Part shown: positions 56,144-64,000 of the stretch, one piece after another | How positions within the stretch are numbered: position 1 is the stretch's first letter | Layout: each line of letters opens with the position of its first letter | Origin: Eledone cirrhosa | Lineage: Eukaryota | DNA: 64,000 bases | Direction of reading: 5' to 3' | Assembly (NCBI GenBank): GCA_964016885.1 | Contig: OZ024748.1 | Span: forward strand, 4,774,001-4,838,000 | Position numbers and translations under genes: made by a program | Notes under the pieces: generated by a model | Database searches by the model: none | The model's input: only the letters and a program-made list of their open reading frames with translations | Told to the model about the DNA's origin: nothing

Positions 56144-56571
56144 GGAGAGGGAAAGTGAAAGCGAGGCATGTAATGTACGCAAAAAAGACTTGAAGAAAAG
56201 GAAACATCTCCGTCCGCCCTTACCAAAATCCCATCACCAGGACCAAAGTCGTCCTAAGGAAATATGAAACTAAAATTTGAAGCATGCAATATATTTCAAG
56301 TAGTTAGCGTAGAATAAAGCTAAACAATGTATGTCCACTCCCCTTCATTCCTGGACATTCTCCTCTCTTCCTTTCCTGTTCAGCAGAATTTCACACACAC
56401 AGACAAACACACGCACACATGTTTGTAGGTATATATATACTGCTCTTGGGCTAATTTTTCCCGGCCATAAGAGTATTATACCCGATATTTTAAGCTACTT
56501 TTTTTAGCAATCGACTGTAATTCTGCATTTGCAGTCATATTTCTGTTTGTACACTCATACACATTTATATA

Positions 56572-56857
56572 TTAATAAATTTGAAGAGTAAAATCCAAAG
56601 AGGGCTCGATAAGGATAAATATATATCAAATATATAAGAACCGGTGAGCAAATATTTATTAAAATAAAAGATTAAAAGTTTAAGCAAAGAATCGTTGCTT
56701 TCACCTTTAACGGGATCTTCTGAAACTAACAAAGTCAATCTGTGAACGCAGAAGTGAATATTTCAAAAAACATTGCAACCGGAGGAAGACAGGAAGACGA
56801 TACTTTGGTTCGTGGAAACGTTCCCTGGCAAAGAACAGGAATTATACACTCATACAC

Positions 56858-56899
<42 letters not shown>

Positions 56900-56979
56900 G
56901 ACTTTGTTAGTTTCAGAAGATCCCATTAAGGGTGAAAGCAGCGATTCTTTGCTTAAACTTTAATCTGTTATTTTAATAA

Positions 56980-56985
<6 letters not shown>
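56572..56985. mobile_element. Family G (TA)n-targeting PLE terminus, fold-back; longest copy in the window
   Basis: 56655-56737 is inverted relative to 56899-56982. Family pieces also at 1272-1340, 11497-11580, 15095-15165, 18965-19125, 19795-19940, 33600-33655, 39875-40115, 44375-44465 and 59247-59400. Confidence 0.78.
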
Positions 56986-57011
<26 letters not shown>

Positions 57012-57215
57012 GTGTGTGTGTGTACAGGATTTATTTCTTAGAATGCTGTTGAAGTGTGTATACAATTTTTGTGGACATCACCTCTCTCTATATATATATA
57101 TCCATTATAAGAATTTGTAAACATAAGTAAACACATGTGTCTTAGTGAGAATTTCTTAAATATTCACAGAGAGAGAGATAGAAAGATAGATAGATAGATA
57201 TATAGATAGATAGAT

Positions 57216-57246
<31 letters not shown>

Positions 57247-57435
57247 TAACAACATAGTGAATGAATGAAATTCTGAGGTTGTTGAAATATCTAATGTAGA
57301 TTTGCTGGTTTGTAGTTTATAGGTTTGTACCTTGTATTTGTGTTGAGAACACTTTGAAGATGGAAGGTTAGTGAGTTCGCAATGAAGACAATGTGCGTAT
57401 ATTCATATATATATATAAATCATTCTTTCACACAA

Positions 57436-57516
<81 letters not shown>

Positions 57517-57547
57517 TATATACATATATATAAATATATATATATAC

Positions 57548-57606
<59 letters not shown>

Positions 57607-57647
57607 TATATACATATATATATATACATATGTATATATATATATAC

Positions 57648-57731
<84 letters not shown>

Positions 57732-57810
57732 TTTTCATTTATATACATATACAAACGTTTATATATATATATATATATATATATAAATATTTTTATGTAT
57801 ATGTATATAT

Positions 57811-57906
<96 letters not shown>

Positions 57907-58115
57907 TCAGCGAGAATCGCATTTCGGCGGGTAGTAAAAGCGAAACGAAACGCAAAATCAGAGTTATGCTGGCAAGCGCTCAATAGTTAAAATGCCAGAG
58001 GTAAACAATATGTTAAAACGCCATACAAACTGAAAAAGTGGTCAAGAAGGCATTAACCACCTAAGCCAAAAAACAAGTCAAGCTAAACAGGTCAAACAAA
58101 ATAAATGATAAAATC

Positions 58116-58147
<32 letters not shown>

Positions 58148-58546
58148 TATACATATAGACATATATAACCGACCTGGACCCATTGGAATTGATGGTAAAT
58201 CCAAATACAGGGTCTCTATGACACCTAAATCAATAATTGTTTCTACTTTAGGCACATGCTTAAAACTATAAGCTTTTGGTATAATGATCGAACAAGGAAT
58301 ATCACGTTATCAACAGGTATTTTGCTCTGTACCAACTTTGTGAATGACACAGAGCTTTGTAAAAGCACCTGCGTAACTCACAAGGGGGAAAACCCCAGAT
58401 TTTGGCAAATGAATTCAGTATGTGTAAATCATGCAAAAAATTGCATAAATAGCACAAATCGAATAAACACTCAACCAGGTAGTTTTAAAATAAACTTATG
58501 CAATCAATCTGTCAATAGAATTATTAACAGGTTAATCCTAAGACAC

Positions 58547-58688
58547 GTGTGTGTGTGTGTAACATTCCCCATAAAAGATGGATGCTTAAATTTCCGACTT
58601 CTTTGCTAACATGACAAATGTACCAGGTGTTTTGTCTACATTCTATATATTTGTACATAGGTTGTATTTATCTAGGCAACGTACGGAA

Positions 58689-58779
<91 letters not shown>

Positions 58780-58814
58780 TATATATACACACATATATAT
58801 ATACATATATATAC

Positions 58815-58856
<42 letters not shown>

Positions 58857-58931
58857 ATATATATATATATGTATATGTATATATATGTATATGTTTATAT
58901 ATATATGTATATATATATAAATATATATATG

Positions 58932-58989
<58 letters not shown>

Positions 58990-59100
58990 AATATGTACAA
59001 ATATATTCCATGTTGACAAAACACCTGGTACATTTGTCATCTAAGCAAAGAAGTCGAAAATTTAAGCATCTATCTTTTATGTGGAATGTTACACACACAC
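58547..59100. repeat. ~110-bp inverted repeat pair (58560-58668 / 58992-59091) ending in (TG)n/(CA)n, with a central (TA)n array
   Basis: AACATTCCCCATAAAAGATGGATGCTTAAATTTCCGACTTCTTTGC mirrors GCAAAGAAGTCGAAAATTTAAGCATCTATCTTTTATGTGGAATGTT. Confidence 0.8.
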
Positions 59101-59123
59101 ACACACACACACGCACACACGCA

Positions 59124-59192
<69 letters not shown>

Positions 59193-59205
59193 AGACACAG
59201 ACACA

Positions 59206-59248
<43 letters not shown>

Positions 59249-59859
59249 GCTGCTTTCACCCTTAACAGGATCTTCTAAAATCCCGTTAAGGGTGAAAGCA
59301 CTGATTCTTTGCTTAAACTTTAATCTGTTATTTTAATAAATATATATATAATCATTATCGAGCCCTCTTCGGATTTTAATCTTCAAATTTATTATTATTA
59401 TATATAAGGGTATATATATATAGACACGTGATTAGACGTGTGAGAATACATCTGAGGAGCTTTCGAGTCCAGAGACAGGGACGAACATAATCGATCGTTC
59501 GTCGAGCTGATCGGTAGTGGAACATGTGAAATATGTGATTAAATATTTATATAATGCAACACTAATTCTTTGTTCCCTAGCTATATATTCATATACTTAC
59601 ATATATTGATATATATATATACTTACAGATATATATACTTACAGATATATACTTATAATTATTCCTATATGTGTATATTTACATATATATATTTAAATAC
59701 ATTGATACATTATATTTCATTAACACACGTTTCCTATATTCTCTCATTTTATAATCTATATTTTTAAGTGTCTCCACAAAGCTAACTTGATTTATTACTA
59801 AAACCAAAACAAGTACCAGTTAATATAAATACAAACTACTCGCAAGCATATATATATAT

Positions 59860-60010
59860 GGTGGCTGCCAACTCGTTTTCGAGTACGGCCACTACTTTAT
59901 ATCCATGTAGGAGAACCCCTACCGATGCGCTGAACGAGGGTGACTTTTTAGTCCAGTCAGCGACTTGAAAACTCTGGTACAAACACTACACTTGTGACAA
60001 TTATTGACCC
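59860..60010 (-). pseudogene. RTE-clade LINE C-terminal C2H2-like zinc finger and 3' UTR
   Basis: HKCSVCTRVFKSLTGLKSHPRSAH followed by a CTCGAAAACGAG hairpin. Confidence 0.65.
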
Positions 60011-60407
60011 ATGGGCCCATGGTACCATGTGACGACAAGTACAGAGAAATCTCCAGATTTGAAGCAATGCCTGGCCGTGAAGCTTTTATAGTGAGCAAAG
60101 GCACTGCACAAAGCCAGTCCCACTCTCTTAACCAAGATGATATTTACCAAAAAGAACAAGTCAACATCATTGGATACCATCAGGGTTGCAGGTGTTATAT
60201 CACCGGGAGAGATGACCCCTTAGCCTTTTTCAAGGCAGAATTCTAGGAGAAGGAAAACTCTGATATATATATATATATACACATACAAACAAATATAAAT
60301 ATATACATATATATATATAATGTAGGAGGTGAGTTTTATTGTAGCACAATAAAGAAATGCAAATATCGGATAAGTAGCACTGTTTATAGGACTGGAGTAT
60401 AAATAAT

Positions 60408-60598
60408 ATAAAATCAAAAGATAGTTAATATGGTTTCATGTATTTTATTATGCGCATTTCAAAAATAAATATCATCAGGGGATGATATTTGCGTTCTCAT
60501 CAGATGAGAACGCAAATATCATTACCATGATGATATTTGTTTTTGAAATGCGCATAATAAAATACATGGAAACCTTTTAACCCTCTTTTGATTTTATA
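60408..60598. mobile_element. Fold-back PLE terminus (family D relative) with axis inside the hammerhead core
   Basis: Centre TTCTCATC-A-GATGAGAA. Minus arm reads CTGATGA-GAACGCAAATATCAT..ATGATATTTATTTTT-GAAA-TGCGCA-TA-ATAAAATA; the 5' strand of stem I is missing. Confidence 0.72.
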
Positions 60599-60686
60599 TA
60601 TATATATATATATATAAAATAAAATAAAATAAATAAGTCAAATGTTTAAAATTTAGCTTCGTTTATACAACCAACATATACTCAAA

Positions 60687-60720
<34 letters not shown>

Positions 60721-60885
60721 GTGTGTGTGTTTCGACATATCTTACTCTGGTGTGTTATTTGTGTTTATACATTCGTGTTTACATACACACACATGCATAT
60801 ATGTATGTGAGTGTATGTGTACGTGTGAATATATGTACGTGTAAGCAAATTTGTTTCTGTATGTTTATTTCATCTCATTATATTC

Positions 60886-61063
<178 letters not shown>

Positions 61064-61680
61064 TCGCATTATTGCAAACGTCGTGTTTCGCTATCTATCA
61101 CTGAACACGTTTGACAGGTAGCGTACATCTAAGAGTACAAGAGAGTACAAGCACATTACTACATAACACAATACCACACCACACCACACTACACTACACT
61201 ACACCACACTACACCGCACCACACTACACCATAGACCTACCACACCGCACCACACTACACCACAAACCTACCACACCACACTACACCACAGCACAATAAC
61301 CTCCCATGCCAGCACATTTGATTAAGTTAGTCATTAGACTGCACATTGCACAGCAACAACATAATGATCAGGGAGTATTAAAAGGCGCAACCCTCTGTTA
61401 CCCAGCATGCCTCACTACTTCACTTGATACATTGGCACGACAATATGATAATAACGAGCTTTTAAAGTGTTGGTGAGATTTTGATAGACAACAATCACAC
61501 ATACATAAAATATATACATATACGCACGCACACACATACATACATACATAACACACTCACACACAAACGTATACACAGGCAGCTAGACAGACAGCGTTGG
61601 ACGGATACCTACACACACAGGTTTGGAATACTGGCAGATGCAAGCAGGTACAAGAAACTCAAAGGACTGCCAGATTAGCT

Positions 61681-61693
61681 GATGGTGGTAGTG

Positions 61694-61734
<41 letters not shown>

Positions 61735-61774
61735 GGTGGTGGTGGTGGTGGTGGTGGTGGTGGTGGTGGTGGTG

Positions 61775-61822
<48 letters not shown>

Positions 61823-61823
61823 C

Positions 61824-61873
<50 letters not shown>

Positions 61874-61901
61874 ATGGTGGTGGTGGTGGTAGTAGTAGTA
61901 A

Positions 61902-61985
<84 letters not shown>

Positions 61986-61987
61986 TG

Positions 61988-62020
<33 letters not shown>

Positions 62021-62069
62021 ATGGTGGTGGTGGTGGTAGTAGTGGTAGTGGTAGTAGTAGTAGTAGTAC

Positions 62070-62111
<42 letters not shown>

Positions 62112-62112
62112 A
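61681..62112. repeat. Long compound (GTA/GTG)n trinucleotide array
   Basis: Direct reading. Confidence 0.95.
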
Positions 62113-62875
62113 AGAAGATTGATGCGCAAGTGACATTTCCATTGTCACTTATCGATCGAAACATTGAGAGCAATTTGGTAGACAGAACATTTTTGGAAGC
62201 CCGATGGATGGACTCTACCTCCAATAGAAAACACATTCACACATATATGTGTACCTCTGTATAATATTAGTATTTGTCTGTGGCCCGAGGCCATACTAAC
62301 ACCCCATAACAATGGTGTTACAAACCTCTTTATGTTGATGGATATTTTAATAAAATAATATTTTTTTCATATTTGAACTTCCGAAATAGCCTGCTCATGA
62401 AATGCACGTGCATTGTGCTAAGCATTCCCTAGACCCGTGTAGCCCTTAGTCTCAGGAAGATTCAGCTTGAACATTTATTTTACAAGGCTAATCTTTTGTA
62501 CTTGAGGTACAATTCTTTAGTACCAGTTTACTAGACAGGAATTACGTGAAATAAAATGTCTTACAGAAGCATGGAACGTGCCGCTAGGAATCGTACACAA
62601 ATATTAAAATCGTGTACCGAACACCCTCACTACTACGCTCCCAACCACCCATGGCCGGATTAAAAGGGGGATGAAGGAAGCAATTTCCCCGAGGTTCCTG
62701 CAATGGGGGTCCCATCAGCGACTGCGGTAGCAATTTACTTGTGTCCTCAGCTGGGCTTTTTAGTTCTCTGATGATTAAAACTTTTGAATTTAATATTTGT
62801 ATCTATATCTTTTCAATTCCAATTACTTGCGTCAAGCTAACATTGATATGAAAAAAATTGGTGGGTTTGCTGAGT

Positions 62876-63065
62876 TGGATGGGCAATATCCGTAGAGGGT
62901 CGGACACAATGCTTTGACGCATAGATTTACGGCCCTTGCCAGTCTGAGTTCAAATCCCGCCAAGATTAACTTTGCCTTTCATCCTTACGGGGTCGATAAA
63001 ACAAAGTACCAGTAATACACTGGTTAAATAATTGCTGGCCTTGTGCCTAAAGTAGAAACAATTAT
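62876..63065 (+). mobile_element. SINE (major family), possibly nested in a decayed hAT-like MITE (~62650-63150)
   Basis: The SINE is a consensus match. Flanks CATGGCCGGATT..GGGGTCCC and GGGCCCCC..AAATCC resemble hAT MITE ends, but weakly. Confidence 0.8.
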
Positions 63066-63667
63066 TTGTGAATGAGGAGCTGTAAATCTTTGGGTATGAG
63101 GGGCCCCCAAAAACTTGAAATAGCCCCCCCCCCCCCTGGTCTAAATCCCCACCACCACCACCACACGACCAACATCTCAACGCCTTCACAGCGTCGGTTT
63201 GATACCACTGTTTCTACATGAATTTCTTGTCCCATTGTCGGTTCATTTCAGATTTGAGTCACTATGATGTCCAACCGTTCTTTGATTGTGTTAGATATAA
63301 GTTCTACATCAAAATCCCTCGTTATTTGAGGTGATATTGAAACCCTGTGCTATTGTAGGCTCAATACTACTCTGGGATCTTTCCCCTTCAACTGAACAAA
63401 GAGGAACCTTCGATATTATGTAGTAGGGCCCAGTTCAAGAATGTCATGTTAGTGTATATGTGTGTTCTACTGAGCGTATATGTTGTGTTTATATAGCAAT
63501 GTGTATGTGTTTAGGTGTGCTTCTGTTCACATGTATCTATCAGTTTATGTATGTGTATAAATAAATATATATATATATATATATATATGAATGTGTGTGT
63601 GTGTGTGTGTGTGTGTTTATGTATATATGTGTGTGTCTGTATATATATATATTATATATATGTGTGA

Positions 63668-63716
<49 letters not shown>

Positions 63717-63792
63717 TGTGTGTGTGTGTGTTTATGTATATATGTGTGTGTGTCTGTATATATATATTATATATATATATGTGTGTGTGTGA

Positions 63793-63879
<87 letters not shown>

Positions 63880-63943
63880 TGAGTGTGTGTTTATGTATAT
63901 ATGTGTGTGTCGGTATATATATATATATTATATATATGTGTGA

Positions 63944-63977
<34 letters not shown>

Positions 63978-64000
63978 GAATGTGTGTGTGTGAATGTGTG

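Noticed and set aside
61597-62148. Poly-Ser/Gly, poly-Thr, poly-Val and poly-Leu ORFs
   Set aside because: Trinucleotide array open in several frames on both strands. The same applies to 25288-25791, 42081-42650 and 51447-51909.

Overview
AT-rich, microsatellite-saturated eukaryotic DNA. The (TA)n density and SINE families look cephalopod/Octopus-like (inference). No host protein-coding gene is supported, and most ORF-track entries are microsatellite artefacts. The recognisable content is mobile DNA: (i) a 5'-truncated Penelope-like retroelement (PLE; RT + GIY-YIG, one in-frame stop) at ~26718-30166 with inverted ~545-bp pseudo-LTR arms ending in (TA)n; (ii) a second PLE GIY-YIG fragment at ~33600-34390; (iii) dozens of short inserts inside (TA)n arrays from at least 7 families, many carrying minimal type I hammerhead ribozyme (HHR) motifs and many folded back into palindromes, often with the axis at or near the ribozyme core; (iv) more than 20 copies of a tRNA-derived SINE, several with 12-19 bp TSDs, plus a second SINE family; (v) relics of RTE, R4/Dong-like and CRE-like LINEs and a hAT MITE; (vi) simple/tandem repeats and a 200-N gap. 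The main lead is a diverse (TA)n-targeting, hammerhead-bearing PLE system that includes non-canonical ribozyme cores. All alignments and folds were done by eye, so coordinates may be off by a few bases.
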